DNA of 64,000 nt from an uncultured Poribacteria bacterium. GTDB lineage: Bacteria; Poribacteria; WGA-4E; WGA-3G. The first letter of the stretch is position 1, and every line of letters begins with the position of its first letter. Of this stretch, positions 9,539 to 19,698 are shown piece after piece. The notes beneath the pieces are model-generated. The model searched no databases, was not told where the DNA came from, and saw only the letters and a list, made by a program, of their open reading frames with translations. The position numbers were made by a program, and so were the translations under genes. The stretch spans positions 3,264,001-3,328,000 of the forward strand of contig OX638351.1 in assembly GCA_951813565.1 (NCBI GenBank), in the 5' to 3' direction.

Positions 9539-10107
9539 CAGAGGCATTCAATTTTCGTCTAATTATCCGTTTTAGTCGAAAAGTTGGGACCTAAAAATCG
9601 TTCCCAAATACACGAATTGATTGTATTTTTCTTCTCATTTTATTGGAATCATCTCCTTAAAAAGTTACCATACGGTAACTTTTTTCATACCGTGGTAACT
9701 TTTTGAAATTCACTATAAACTCAGTATCTATAGGGGTTTATAGTGAATTTTTTTAAGTTTTATATTTTTCATCTGTGTTGAGGAACACGGGTTTCCTTTT
9801 GCTGAAGATATTTTGGTAAGTTTTGCGTTGTCGTCTTTGCATTTAGAGAGTTACTTATGATGTGTTTGGGGATCGGTTTTCTCTTTTCATACTGATATTA
9901 TACCTGTTTCTATGTAGTGATCAGAGGTTTTTGTGGCGTTAGGAACAATAGATATCCAATATATTGACAATAAGTTTGCAGGAAAAGTTGGGTTGATACG
10001 TTTTTTGCATCTTGGATGAGCGTGCATTTTGTTGTCAGCATGGTGGTTGACGCGATTTTTTGGAGTCTTAGTAAAGAAAGAAATGATTGGAGAATTGAAT
10101 GCCTCTG
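9539..10107. mobile_element. 569-bp non-autonomous element (MITE) with 18-bp TIR and 10-bp TSD
   Basis: TIR CAGAGGCATTCAATT(T/C)TC at both ends; direct repeat ATTCAAGTTA at 9529-9538 and 10108-10117. Confidence 0.8.
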
Positions 10108-10184
10108 ATTCAAGTTACAAACGTTTTGACTTCACATCTCTCTAATGATATACTAAGCCTAAATATGCTTTGCGACGATCAAAT

Positions 10185-11900
10185 ATGAATCTTGATAAAA
10201 ACCAAGAGAAAGCTGTCAACCACTTTACAGGTCCCGCTATCGTTGTTGCTGGACCTGGGAGTGGTAAAACCGCAGTTGTAACAGCTCGCATTCTGAACCT
10301 TATTCAAACTCACAATATCCCTCCTTCAAAAATCCTTGCTATAGCATTCAATAGAAAAGCAGTCGAAGAAATGGAAAATCGGATTGTGCGTGGACTAACG
10401 TCAAAGGGCACTTTGCCGGTCATTCGTACACTCCATGCCTTTGGAAAAGATATTATCACTCAAAACTACAAGCAGGCAGGATTTGAACATCATCCCGAAA
10501 TTTGGTCAGGGGAGATAAACAAAATCATTGCTGAAGAAAAAGGACAGATTGATCAGAAAGCCGCAATCACAAAAGTTTCCATATATAAAATTGAAAACAA
10601 ACTTACAGGCAAGTGTTACATAGGACAGTCCACAAATCCGGAACGGCGCAGGCGCGAACACTTTAGTCATTCCTCAAATGATCGACTCCGTCAAGCCATC
10701 CGATCTGAAGGAGAATTACAGTTCACATTTAAGGTTTTAGAACAGGTTGAAGGAAGAGAGACGAACCGACGCGAAGCATACTGGATTAGGCATCACAGAA
10801 ACTGTGGCGAAGTTTTCAACCGCGCAGACCCGATGCGTGAACAGTTTAGCAATCAAGTTTTGCTTGAGATGTTCTGTCAACATTTTAGCATTCAATATAC
10901 TGATCATCTGGATAGAGACCCCGATTTTGAAAACCTTCGTGATCGTTTTTACGATATAAAAGATATAGTCATGCGTGCAAAACGGCAAGTAGAATCCGGA
11001 ATCTTTGATCCAAACACATTACAAAATCCTGTGGCACGCGAATTTGCGAAGAAATATGAAGACCAAAAATCAGCCGCGAATGCTATTGATTTTGAGGATA
11101 TGATTATCTACGCCGCACATCTATTAGAAACCCACTCAAATATCCGCCAGACCTACCAAGACAGATACCTTTATGTGCTTGTAGACGAATTCCAAGATAT
11201 CGCACCAATTGATTTTCGGTTGATTTCCCAGTTATCAGAGAACCTTTTTGCGGTTGGAGACGATGATCAGGCTATTTATAGTTTTCGCGGCGGTGATTCC
11301 CAGATTATGCAGAAATTTTCCAACCGATCAGATGTTAAAAAATATGAGATTACACGCAATTATCGTTCCACGTCAACAATTGTTGAGCATGCAAGAGCTA
11401 TAATTGAACGAAACAAGCCTCGGATTCGGAAAAACCTACGTTCCCATAATCCGATAAAAAAAGAAATAGGTATTATAGAGACAACGCCTGAAACCATCAA
11501 AAAATATCTACTACAACAATTATCTGATGTTGTTGAGACAGCTATCCTTGTCAGAACGAACTATGAGGTTGATCGGATTGAGGAGATACTCTCAAGTGAA
11601 TCCTTATCTTTTTCAATAGAGGTGACGACAATACACAAAGCAAAGGGACGTGAATGGGAAAAGGTTATCCTCGTTCACAATACGCTGGATCGGAAATTCC
11701 CTCGCCGCGATACCATCCTTGAAGAAGAACGTCGCGTTTTCTATGTCGCAATGACGCGGGCAAAGGAGCAGTTGGTTATCCTCGGCGGGACATGTCAATT
11801 CGTGCCAGAGTGTAAGAACATTCCGAAAAATATAAGGTATTATTATCGGCAGTTTGTATACTGGTGGGTAAGAAGGAAACTGAAAAAACTTGAGACGTAA
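10185..11900 (+). CDS. UvrD/Rep-family SF1 helicase with inserted GIY-YIG nuclease domain
   Basis: AGPGSGKT, LVDEFQD, VGDDDQAIYSFRG, NYRS, TIHKAKGREW, EERRVFYVAMTRAK; internal SIYKIENKLTGKCYIGQS...R...EH...E segment. Confidence 0.85.
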   Translation: MNLDKNQEKAVNHFTGPAIVVAGPGSGKTAVVTARILNLIQTHNIPPSKILAIAFNRKAVEEMENRIVRGLTSKGTLPVIRTLHAFGKDIITQNYKQAGFEHHPEIWSGEINKIIAEEKGQIDQKAAITKVSIYKIENKLTGKCYIGQSTNPERRRREHFSHSSNDRLRQAIRSEGELQFTFKVLEQVEGRETNRREAYWIRHHRNCGEVFNRADPMREQFSNQVLLEMFCQHFSIQYTDHLDRDPDFENLRDRFYDIKDIVMRAKRQVESGIFDPNTLQNPVAREFAKKYEDQKSAANAIDFEDMIIYAAHLLETHSNIRQTYQDRYLYVLVDEFQDIAPIDFRLISQLSENLFAVGDDDQAIYSFRGGDSQIMQKFSNRSDVKKYEITRNYRSTSTIVEHARAIIERNKPRIRKNLRSHNPIKKEIGIIETTPETIKKYLLQQLSDVVETAILVRTNYEVDRIEEILSSESLSFSIEVTTIHKAKGREWEKVILVHNTLDRKFPRRDTILEEERRVFYVAMTRAKEQLVILGGTCQFVPECKNIPKNIRYYYRQFVYWWVRRKLKKLET

Positions 11901-11958
11901 AATATGAATTGTGCTATAATCGCCAGATATTTAAAAAACCGAATGTTAATTTTACCTG

Positions 11959-13188
11959 ATGGAAAACAATCAAAAAACCAAGAATTCATCTACTCGCAAT
12001 CAGTTCTTCTTCCTCACATTTACACATACCATCCTTGATTCTTACGCTAACCTATTTCCACATTTACAACCGCGTTTATTAGCTAACCTTGCTTCCGCAA
12101 CTACGCGAAATAGTTTTGCGGGTATTCTCATCTCAGTCTATAGCCTTTTCAGTTCTCTTGGACAGGTTTTCTTTGGATGGTTGTCGGATAGGGTAAGGAC
12201 TATACATTTCATTACATTCGGAGTTGCATTCACGGTAATCGGTTTAGGCCTGGTGAGTCTTGTCCCTTCAACAACTATTGTAATTATGTTATTAGCTATC
12301 GGTGGTACTGGTGTTGCAGCATTTCATCCACAAGCAACTACCTATGCTGGGGCACTCGCAGCTGAAACAAGAGGTATGGGAATTTCCATTTTTCTCACAG
12401 GTGGTAATATTGGACGCGCTATTGGTCCAGTAGTACTACTTTTGATACCATACCGTCTCGGATACGGACATTTAATTTGGGAAATGATACCGGGTTTACT
12501 TGTAGCGTTATCGGTACCTATCATATTGAAATTTGAACATGGACTTGACCTGACCGCTTCTACTCGTGTACTATCACATGTAGGAAAGACACAACGAGAA
12601 TCCTTTTGGATTGTTGCCCAACCCCACCTGTTCCCACTAATTGTATTGTTTGTTGTTGCCTCGTTTCGAACGGTCACTGGGATAGGATTAGAGAACTTTC
12701 TCTCCATCTACTTAAATGATCTTAACTATTCTGACCAGAAACGTTCATTAGTTATTGCACTCTATATCTTTGCAGGTTCTATGGGTATTATGGGAAGTGG
12801 ATGGGTATTAAGTCGTGTACATACACTTATTTTATTGTTGTTCTCACTTGTTGTTGCACCGCCACTGCTCTATGTTGCACTTCACACTCAGGGTATCACT
12901 TCACTGGTATTTCTGTTTTTGGGTAACGTAGTTCTATCAAGTTCAATTACCTTAAACATCATAGTAGCACAGATTATTTTGCGTGGGCATGAGAACATCG
13001 CATCAAGTTTTATGATGGGTGCATCGTGGGGTGTGGGTGGATTATTAAATTTGATTGTCGGTGCTTTGGCTGATAAGTACGGATTACCTATTGTGCTGGA
13101 TTGGTTAGTAATGGTGCCGTTGATGGTGTCTCCACTGGTCATATTCCTCAGGAGTCAACCAGATTTGTCTAACCCAAAATCTGACTAA
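11959..13188 (+). CDS. MFS transporter (Fsr-like)
   Basis: About 12 hydrophobic segments; FGWLSDR, GVAAFHPQA, GGNIGRAIGP. Confidence 0.8.
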   Translation: MENNQKTKNSSTRNQFFFLTFTHTILDSYANLFPHLQPRLLANLASATTRNSFAGILISVYSLFSSLGQVFFGWLSDRVRTIHFITFGVAFTVIGLGLVSLVPSTTIVIMLLAIGGTGVAAFHPQATTYAGALAAETRGMGISIFLTGGNIGRAIGPVVLLLIPYRLGYGHLIWEMIPGLLVALSVPIILKFEHGLDLTASTRVLSHVGKTQRESFWIVAQPHLFPLIVLFVVASFRTVTGIGLENFLSIYLNDLNYSDQKRSLVIALYIFAGSMGIMGSGWVLSRVHTLILLLFSLVVAPPLLYVALHTQGITSLVFLFLGNVVLSSSITLNIIVAQIILRGHENIASSFMMGASWGVGGLLNLIVGALADKYGLPIVLDWLVMVPLMVSPLVIFLRSQPDLSNPKSD

Positions 13189-14264
13189 AAAGTCCACAGC
13201 ACACTCAAAAAATGGGTATTAATCAGGTCTCCAATGAGAAGTGCGTAATCAAGCCGAAACTGTTTGAGTTGGATACCGACTCCACTTGTCAACCGGGTAT
13301 CACGGTAGCCAACGCGCAGTGCTAACGGAGGACTGAGTTGATATTCTATGCCGAGATGTGTTTGCCCACCATAACGTTCCTGCCATTGATAAGATAAAAT
13401 GAGTTCACGATTAAAAAGAAGTTTTGTGAAATATGCGAGACCTATATTCAGATTCGCTGGGATTGATTCTTTGCGTGCGGGTACGGTATTCCATGTCAAA
13501 GTAGTCTGTGATACGTCTTGAAGATTCACACCGAAAGCAAAACCACCCACGTTCTCAAGTCCAAAAAGGGCATTCATGTCTGGCAGCCGCATTAACATAC
13601 CCGCATCAAAGCCGTATCCGCTGCTACCATAACTTGAGAACAAAGCAGTGGCATCGTCAAGATCACCCGCTCCATTGAAATTTTGAAAGATACCTTTCGC
13701 ATTTATGCCAAATAGAAATTCCGGCGGAACAGAATCTCTACCAAAGTTATCCCACCAAGATTGACTGACCGCGACACGCGTTGCAAGTGATAGCACAAAT
13801 GCGTTTTCACTATCGTTAAGATAACCTGAAGGGATAAAATCTTCTTCTCGTGGTCTGTATTTTGGGTTGTTTTTGCGTTGATCAGCACTAATATCTGGAT
13901 CAAATGCTGGCACATCGTAATAGATAGGGATGTCGTCAATACCAGCGCGAATCCACGAGAGGCCGAGTGTAACTTGCGGTAAGATTTTTCCTATACCGCT
14001 GACGTAACTAAAAGCCCCTAATCCAGAGCGGCGTGTGGCATGCATCATACAGACTTGATAATTTTGTGGAACGCCTGCTATTCCCGCGGGATTCCAGTAG
14101 GTAGCAGTAGCATCGTCAGCGATGCTTACATAGGCACCCCCGAGTCCAAGAGCGCGCGCCCCAATGCCGTTCGTCAAAAAATCGCCTGTATAGTTTTCTG
14201 CCGATGCGGACAATACGATGAGAAAACAGCATCCGATAAGTCCCAAGTATTTTAGTTTACGCAA
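13185..14264 (-). CDS. PorV/PorQ-like outer-membrane beta-barrel
   Basis: Signal peptide; FLTNGIGARALGLGGA, YWNPAGI; C-terminal DYA...THFLSVLWTF. Confidence 0.7.
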   Translation of the reverse strand: MRKLKYLGLIGCCFLIVLSASAENYTGDFLTNGIGARALGLGGAYVSIADDATATYWNPAGIAGVPQNYQVCMMHATRRSGLGAFSYVSGIGKILPQVTLGLSWIRAGIDDIPIYYDVPAFDPDISADQRKNNPKYRPREEDFIPSGYLNDSENAFVLSLATRVAVSQSWWDNFGRDSVPPEFLFGINAKGIFQNFNGAGDLDDATALFSSYGSSGYGFDAGMLMRLPDMNALFGLENVGGFAFGVNLQDVSQTTLTWNTVPARKESIPANLNIGLAYFTKLLFNRELILSYQWQERYGGQTHLGIEYQLSPPLALRVGYRDTRLTSGVGIQLKQFRLDYALLIGDLINTHFLSVLWTF

Positions 14265-14309
14265 TGATTTCTATTTCCTTTTAAATTCCGCCATAACAGT
14301 GTATTATTT

Positions 14310-15131
14310 TTATGGTTTGACATTTCGTACACATCTAAACCCGACATCACTGCTCAAAAGCGAAGGTTTCTCACCCATGCGGTTTGCAACACGAACGCTC
14401 TTTGCATTGAAACTCCACGAACCGCCACGCACAACACGTCTTGTCTCTATATTTTGGAAGTTATCAATAACCTCATTTAGACGTTCTGCTCCAGCGATAG
14501 GGTTCTGCTGAGGTGATTTAGCATAGAAATTTTTCTGATACGCATCAAGACACCACTCCGACACATTGCCTGACATATCAAATAATCCGTACTTATTGGC
14601 ACGATATTTTCCAACAGGCGTTGTCTGCTCATCATGTGTGCCAGATTTTGTGTTCTTATTGTAGTTTGCTTTGCTTGTATCAATCACATTACCCCAAGGA
14701 TATTTCTGTCCAATTAATCCGCCTCGTGCTGCTTTTTCCCATTCTGCTTCTGTCGGCAGCCGTTTGCCTACCGACTGGGCATAAGCCATAGCGTCGTGCC
14801 AACTCACACTAACAACAGGGTGCTGATCGGTAGGTGAACACCGAAAAACAGAATCGGATAGCGCGCGATGTCCAGTGGCTTTGATGAACTTTTTGTATTC
14901 TCCAACTGTAATCTCATGTTCATCTATGTAAAATGCATCAAGATGAACGGTATGTATAGGCTTTTCGTCACGATCACCGTTTTTGCTCCCCATCTGAAAC
15001 TCGCCTGCGGGAATCAATACCATTCCATCAGGAATTGGTACGGTTTCAGTGTCGTTATGATTCTCCGACAATAGACTTGCTGAAAGACAGAAAGAGCTAA
15101 ATATTAGCAAGATCAACCCGATTTTCATCAA
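14310..15131 (-). CDS. Formylglycine-generating enzyme (SUMF1/FGE-sulfatase) domain protein, exported
   Basis: HPVVSVSW, RLPTEAEWEKAARGG, GLFDMSGNVSEW, RGGSW, GFRC. Confidence 0.88.
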   Translation of the reverse strand: MMKIGLILLIFSSFCLSASLLSENHNDTETVPIPDGMVLIPAGEFQMGSKNGDRDEKPIHTVHLDAFYIDEHEITVGEYKKFIKATGHRALSDSVFRCSPTDQHPVVSVSWHDAMAYAQSVGKRLPTEAEWEKAARGGLIGQKYPWGNVIDTSKANYNKNTKSGTHDEQTTPVGKYRANKYGLFDMSGNVSEWCLDAYQKNFYAKSPQQNPIAGAERLNEVIDNFQNIETRRVVRGGSWSFNAKSVRVANRMGEKPSLLSSDVGFRCVRNVKP

Positions 15132-15201
15132 TTTGCTACACCCGATTTAGATCAAAAGCATTCTGTAATGTCGCGACCAGGAGGTTGCTCCTACAGAAAG
15201 A

Positions 15202-16065
15202 TTACACCCTATTAAGATCAAAATTGTTCCAATAGTACTGAAATTGTGTAGATTTCCATCCGTTATAAATTTCATCCCAAGGCATTCTGTTGAAATGTGG
15301 CAAAAGCGAACCCTCCGTCACAGGTTTTGAGCAACCTTGATACCGATAATCCACTGAAAGGCGTATCCGATCAGGTGACTGATTCGGCAGTGCTTTGTGA
15401 ATAGTATGGCTATGGAAGAAAATGGCATCACCTATCTCGTAATCTCCACCAACCCAATGCAATCCATCTGCTTCCAACGGATCAGTATCAATGCCTAGTC
15501 CGCCCGCGCCAAACGCTGGCTTCACGGGAAAAATGCCAAACCGATGCGATCCAGCTAAAACAGATAATCCACCCATATATTCAGGACACGCACCCAGTGG
15601 AATCCAACCTGTGTAGGTATCTTCTGTACCTCGGATATGGATAAAGTCTTGGTGTGCAGGGGTTGTATACTTTGTGTTTTCTGGGAACATGATTCTTCCG
15701 ATATTCCGCGGATGCACCAGTGTTTTTTCGCCAAACAACTTGTCGCACATATCTAAAATTGCAGGATGATGTGCAAACGCATGAAATGATTCAAGAGATT
15801 GGAATTCGTCTAACACGGGCCAATATCCATCATCACCTTCCATAAATGGGCCACCCGTGCGTATGCCTTCCATCAGTGCTTCTCCGCCTTGTGCCCATCC
15901 GTGCCGATGACAAATCTCTAAGAAATCTCTGCGTAAGTTATGAATGGATTCAGCATCAATTAATCCACGAAAGTAGAGATAGCCATCCTGCTGTGCGCGT
16001 TCGCGGAGTTTTCCAGGTTGATCTAACAATTCATTTGAGACAAAAAAAGGTTCAATTCTTGTCAT
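15202..16065 (-). CDS. Phytanoyl-CoA dioxygenase (PhyH) family 2OG-Fe(II) oxygenase
   Basis: TPAHQD, WIPLG, GGLSVLAGSH, HSHTIH, RLSVDYRY. Confidence 0.85.
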   Translation of the reverse strand: MTRIEPFFVSNELLDQPGKLRERAQQDGYLYFRGLIDAESIHNLRRDFLEICHRHGWAQGGEALMEGIRTGGPFMEGDDGYWPVLDEFQSLESFHAFAHHPAILDMCDKLFGEKTLVHPRNIGRIMFPENTKYTTPAHQDFIHIRGTEDTYTGWIPLGACPEYMGGLSVLAGSHRFGIFPVKPAFGAGGLGIDTDPLEADGLHWVGGDYEIGDAIFFHSHTIHKALPNQSPDRIRLSVDYRYQGCSKPVTEGSLLPHFNRMPWDEIYNGWKSTQFQYYWNNFDLNRV

Positions 16066-16111
16066 AACGCGTTCCTCGTCTCTCCGATAGAATGTTGTTT
16101 ATATAACTGAT

Positions 16112-16141
16112 ATTATACCAACAAAATAGGAGGCGTGTCAA
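16112..16141 (-). promoter_or_regulatory. sigma70-type promoter for the phyH gene
   Basis: Minus-strand TTGACA (16136-16141), 18-nt spacer, TATAAT (16112-16117). Confidence 0.6.
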
Positions 16142-16143
16142 AT

Positions 16144-16238
16144 GGGTGTGTAAAGTTTTTGTAGAAATCCGCCCTACAGTGGAAAACGCCGCGTAATCAT
16201 TGCAAATTGAACCTATGTAACTAAATATTTACACACCC
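16144..16238. mobile_element. 95-bp MITE, TIR GGGTGTGTAAA, 8-bp TSD
   Basis: GGGTGTGTAAA...TTTACACACCC flanked by TGTCAAAT at 16136-16143 and 16239-16246; its right part recurs at ~26871-26940. Confidence 0.8.
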
Positions 16239-16458
16239 TGTCAAATGATATAGAATGATGCCAGACAGAGCTTCAGGTCTAAGTCGTGCCTTACTTCAAA
16301 TTAAAATCAATCCCATGATTACCATTTACTCGTTTGTTGAGACTTGCTCCAATTTTCTTCAAAGAATTATAAAACCTATAATTTAGAAATATCTCGTAAT
16401 TACTATGCTATATTTTAGAATTATTTACTCACTCTGCACCCGCGAGGTTAGGAAACCT

Positions 16459-16776
16459 CCAAATCAAGAAATCAACGCTACAAATCATGGCGAATGCCAT
16501 ACGGGGAATGCCAAAGGGCATTCATACCGTTGATTTGGCGCATTCGTCTTGAGGCATTTGGCCAAATCAACGCTGAATACGCTTTTGGTATTCAGCCAAA
16601 TCAACGCAGCATGCGCCAAATCAAGAAATCAACGGTATGAATCATGGCGAATCATGTAGAATACCAAAAGCGTATTCTACCAAGCGCATTCGTCTTTAGT
16701 CATTCACCGGGTCCGAATGCCTGTTGGCATTCCCCGTCCGGCATGCTGCGGGTATGAATGCCATTTAGGCATTCCC
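16459..16776 (-). repeat. Array of nested hairpin micro-units inserted in a GTAG REP
   Basis: Host GTAGGCG|AGGTTTCCTAACCTCGCG (minus strand) is split by repeated hairpins with CGTTGATTTGG tails. Confidence 0.75.
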
Positions 16777-16899
16777 CGCCTACCGAGGGATGAAAGTGTC
16801 CATTTATTTCTATAATTCACCATAAATCGTATAATTCTTAACAGATTATTTTGAGAATATGCTACAATTCAGAACAATCCAAACATTAGGAGGCATCAG

Positions 16900-18081
16900 A
16901 TGCTTAGCATCAAGCATATAGAAACAATTCCATTGAATGTACCGTTCTATTGTGAACGTGTCAGTCAACACATGCACCGAGCAGCAACACATGGGGAACG
17001 CGTTTACGTCTATCGCGTTGAACTTAGCAACGGGGTGATTGGATATGGTGAAAATTTATCTGATGAATCAGGGAATATTGAACGATTGATAGGGCAGAAT
17101 CCGTTTGCATGTATGAACGATGATGGTTTCGGGTTCGGTATTCAAATGTCGCTTTATGATGCTGTGGGGAAAACGGTCGGTGTCCCTGTTTCCGACCTGA
17201 TTGGTCCTAAAGTTCGTGAAAGATGCCCAATTTCTTGGTGGGATATTGACATGCCACCTGAGGATTGGGTTGCAGAAGTCCAAGAATCTGTCAAAAGAGG
17301 TTATACTTCCGCAAAACTCAAAGCGCGACCTTGGCGAGACATCTTCGCACAAGTTGATGCAGTCGGCAACGCAGTACCAGCGGACTATCGGCTTGACATT
17401 GATTTCAACGGTTTCCTGCGGACAGCGGATAACGCTATTCCTGTTTTACAGAAGTTAGATAAACATCCGAATGTTGCCATCTACGAGAGTCCGTTTTACC
17501 TCGGAACTGATATAGAAGGTGCTGGGAGGTTACAGGAGGCTGTTCAAAAACGTATCGTAGAGCATTACAACGAATCCTGTTTGCATGCGCGCTGTTGTGG
17601 CGGGTTTGTTGTCGGCGGTGGTGTAAACTCACTACTACGAACCAACGCGCTCTGTGCTTCGTTTGGGCAACCTTTCTGGCTTCAAATGGTTGGCACTGGC
17701 ATTACAACGGCATATTGTGTACATCTTGGTGCAGTACTATCGCAAGCCGAGTTGCCTGCAATCACTTGCCATGAGTTGTGGGAATCGGACCTGCTTGAAA
17801 CACGACTCGAAGTAGTTGATGGGACGATCCAAGTTCCAGACTCACCTGGGTTGGGAGTTTCTGTGGATGAGGACGCATTAACAACATATCGCGTTGAGAA
17901 ATCAACACCCACACCGCAGCAGCTGTTCCACCAAAGTGAGTATACCTGTAGAGTGCATATCCCAAATGCGGATGGTGGCGAGACAGTCCATGATTTCAGC
18001 AGTGAGGGTGTCTATTATCCCGCATTCAGTGAAGGGAAATATCCCGGTTTTGTGCCGGGAGTATGGATGGAAGTAGTTTAA
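16900..18081 (+). CDS. Enolase superfamily (mandelate racemase/muconate cycloisomerase-like) protein
   Basis: KLKARPW (KxK), LDIDFN, IYESP, PDSPGLGV; RBS AGGAGG. Confidence 0.8.
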   Translation: MLSIKHIETIPLNVPFYCERVSQHMHRAATHGERVYVYRVELSNGVIGYGENLSDESGNIERLIGQNPFACMNDDGFGFGIQMSLYDAVGKTVGVPVSDLIGPKVRERCPISWWDIDMPPEDWVAEVQESVKRGYTSAKLKARPWRDIFAQVDAVGNAVPADYRLDIDFNGFLRTADNAIPVLQKLDKHPNVAIYESPFYLGTDIEGAGRLQEAVQKRIVEHYNESCLHARCCGGFVVGGGVNSLLRTNALCASFGQPFWLQMVGTGITTAYCVHLGAVLSQAELPAITCHELWESDLLETRLEVVDGTIQVPDSPGLGVSVDEDALTTYRVEKSTPTPQQLFHQSEYTCRVHIPNADGGETVHDFSSEGVYYPAFSEGKYPGFVPGVWMEVV

Positions 18082-18132
18082 TGATTCACTTGTTGTTTAT
18101 TTCTAACCAATTTTTCTGAAAATCTACTATAT

Positions 18133-18288
18133 TAACCTAAGTTGCTACGGACAAGATTTCAAGCTTGCAGACATTGCTTTTTACTGAAAAACAAGGATTT
18201 CCAGCTAATTCTTATGCTTTCTTTTCTAAATCGGGGTTAGAAACCCCTCCTACAAGAGCATTCGCGATATAGGTAGCAACTTGGGTTA
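18133..18288. mobile_element. 156-bp MITE, TIR TAACC(T/C)AAGTTGCTAC, 3-bp TSD, carrying a GTAG REP
   Basis: TSD TAT on both sides; homologous copies at ~47098-47272 and 54468-54624 in opposite orientation. Confidence 0.8.
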
Positions 18289-18293
18289 TATTA

Positions 18294-18322
18294 TTGACAA
18301 AAATATAGCAAACTGGTATAAT
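18294..18322 (+). promoter_or_regulatory. Consensus sigma70 promoter
   Basis: TTGACA 18294-18299, 17-nt spacer, TATAAT 18317-18322 with an extended TG. Confidence 0.65.
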
Positions 18323-18518
18323 AGACATTATAATGAATTAATCACAGAAGTTTCATAAGACCAGGGTCTAAAGTTTAGGTGAAAGTTGTGTAACCTACAA
18401 CAGGTTTCCATACCTAAATCACAAAAGCCTTTTTCCAAGTCCGTAGTTTATCTTTTTCGTTGCTGTATCTTTTGACACCGCATTATGCCTTAGTGCTTAA
18501 AAATCCGACTATTTTTCC

Positions 18519-18578
18519 TTGACTTTGATTTAATACTTAGCATATAATTCACATAAAGTCATTTATGTGAATTATATG
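18519..18578 (+). promoter_or_regulatory. Promoter overlapped by a 17-bp-arm palindrome (candidate operator)
   Basis: TTGACT 18519-18524 and TATAAT 18543-18548; CATATAATTCACATAAA-gtca-TTTATGTGAATTATATG. Confidence 0.5.
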
Positions 18579-18621
18579 AAACTAAATAATTGGCTTATAT
18601 ATGATATTGTTCGAAATTACT

Positions 18622-18775
18622 TAGGACTTACGTAATAATCCTTGATATAGACTATTCAACTTTCCAATATGGCTATGGTGTGAGAGGGTAAAAAATGGCA
18701 AACCAACTCGTGTTGATTACTGTCAATCTATATTCAGCACACACTTCTCAACTATACTCTAATGTGTAAGTCCTG
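18622..18775 (+). mobile_element. Internally deleted mini-derivative of an IS701-type element
   Basis: Ends AGGACTTACG / GTAAGTCCTG match the IS at 34051-35140; contains a transposase N-terminal remnant MAKPTRVDYCQ. Confidence 0.65.
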
Positions 18776-18836
18776 ACACAATTAAATCGTTATAATGTCT
18801 AATATCTCAACTTTTAACTAAGGAGGAATTATAATC

Positions 18837-19682
18837 GTGAAATCTGGAAATGTTACAAATAATTATCATCATTCTATATTTTCCATTTTTTGCGGAAACC
18901 TTCACAAAATGGTGATATATATATTATTGTTTACTTTTATTTTTGTCCTGATCCCTTACGTAATGTCGGCAGACTTTGCGGACGGGCTAATACTATATCA
19001 CGCTTATGACAAAGGGGAAGGTGATATCGCAGAAGATATTAGCGGTAGCGGCCACGATGGTAAAATAGATAACCCAAATTGGGTTGATGGAAAATTTGGA
19101 AAATCGCTACAATTTAATGGTGCTGGCAGCGGTATGTTTGTCACCGTTGAAAGTACTGAGGCACTTAACGTCAATGAATGCACATTCATGGCATGGGTTC
19201 ATGCGGAACATTGGGATGACACACGTCAGATTGTTGGCAAATCTGTTCACGGCGGTTGTAGTGGGAGAGGACAATACGGTCTGTTCAGCGAAAACGGGGT
19301 TTTCAAACTCCGTTTTGAAACTGAAGGAGGCCGTGCTGACATCAATGCCGATTTGCCCGAAACCGAGAAATGGGTGCATGTTGCTTTTACAAACGATGGC
19401 ACTACCGGAAAAATCTATATTGATGGAGACGAAGTAATGGCAGGCAATGTTCCAGGGAAACTTAAATCTAACGCCGATCCCTTGCGGATAGCGCAAGATT
19501 GTGACAGACCCAACAACGTCTTCGCTGGAATGATTGACGAGGTGCGTCTCTGGAATCGCGCATTAAGTGAAAACGATATTGATAAGTATAAGGACCAAGA
19601 TGTAGAAGGTGCGCTCGCTGTTACACCATCTGGAAAACTCTCAACTACATGGGGTTACCTCAAACAGGTACCCTTATTCTAA
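18837..19682 (+). CDS. Exported LamG/concanavalin-like domain protein (paralog 1)
   Basis: WVDGKFG, WVHVAFT, GMIDEVRLWNRALS; C-terminal GKLSTTWG; RBS AAGGAGG; start uncertain. Confidence 0.8.
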   Translation: MKSGNVTNNYHHSIFSIFCGNLHKMVIYILLFTFIFVLIPYVMSADFADGLILYHAYDKGEGDIAEDISGSGHDGKIDNPNWVDGKFGKSLQFNGAGSGMFVTVESTEALNVNECTFMAWVHAEHWDDTRQIVGKSVHGGCSGRGQYGLFSENGVFKLRFETEGGRADINADLPETEKWVHVAFTNDGTTGKIYIDGDEVMAGNVPGKLKSNADPLRIAQDCDRPNNVFAGMIDEVRLWNRALSENDIDKYKDQDVEGALAVTPSGKLSTTWGYLKQVPLF

Positions 19683-19698
19683 AAAGGAGACAAATAAT

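Noticed and set aside
10570..10830. Intein or group I intron carrying the GIY-YIG domain
   Set aside because: The frame is continuous, no C/S...HN-C/S/T splice junctions are apparent, and there is no room for an intron scaffold.
16459..16776. CRISPR array suggested by the recurring CCAAATCAAC motif
   Set aside because: No constant-length repeat-spacer periodicity, the intervening segments are themselves repeated hairpins, and no cas genes are present.
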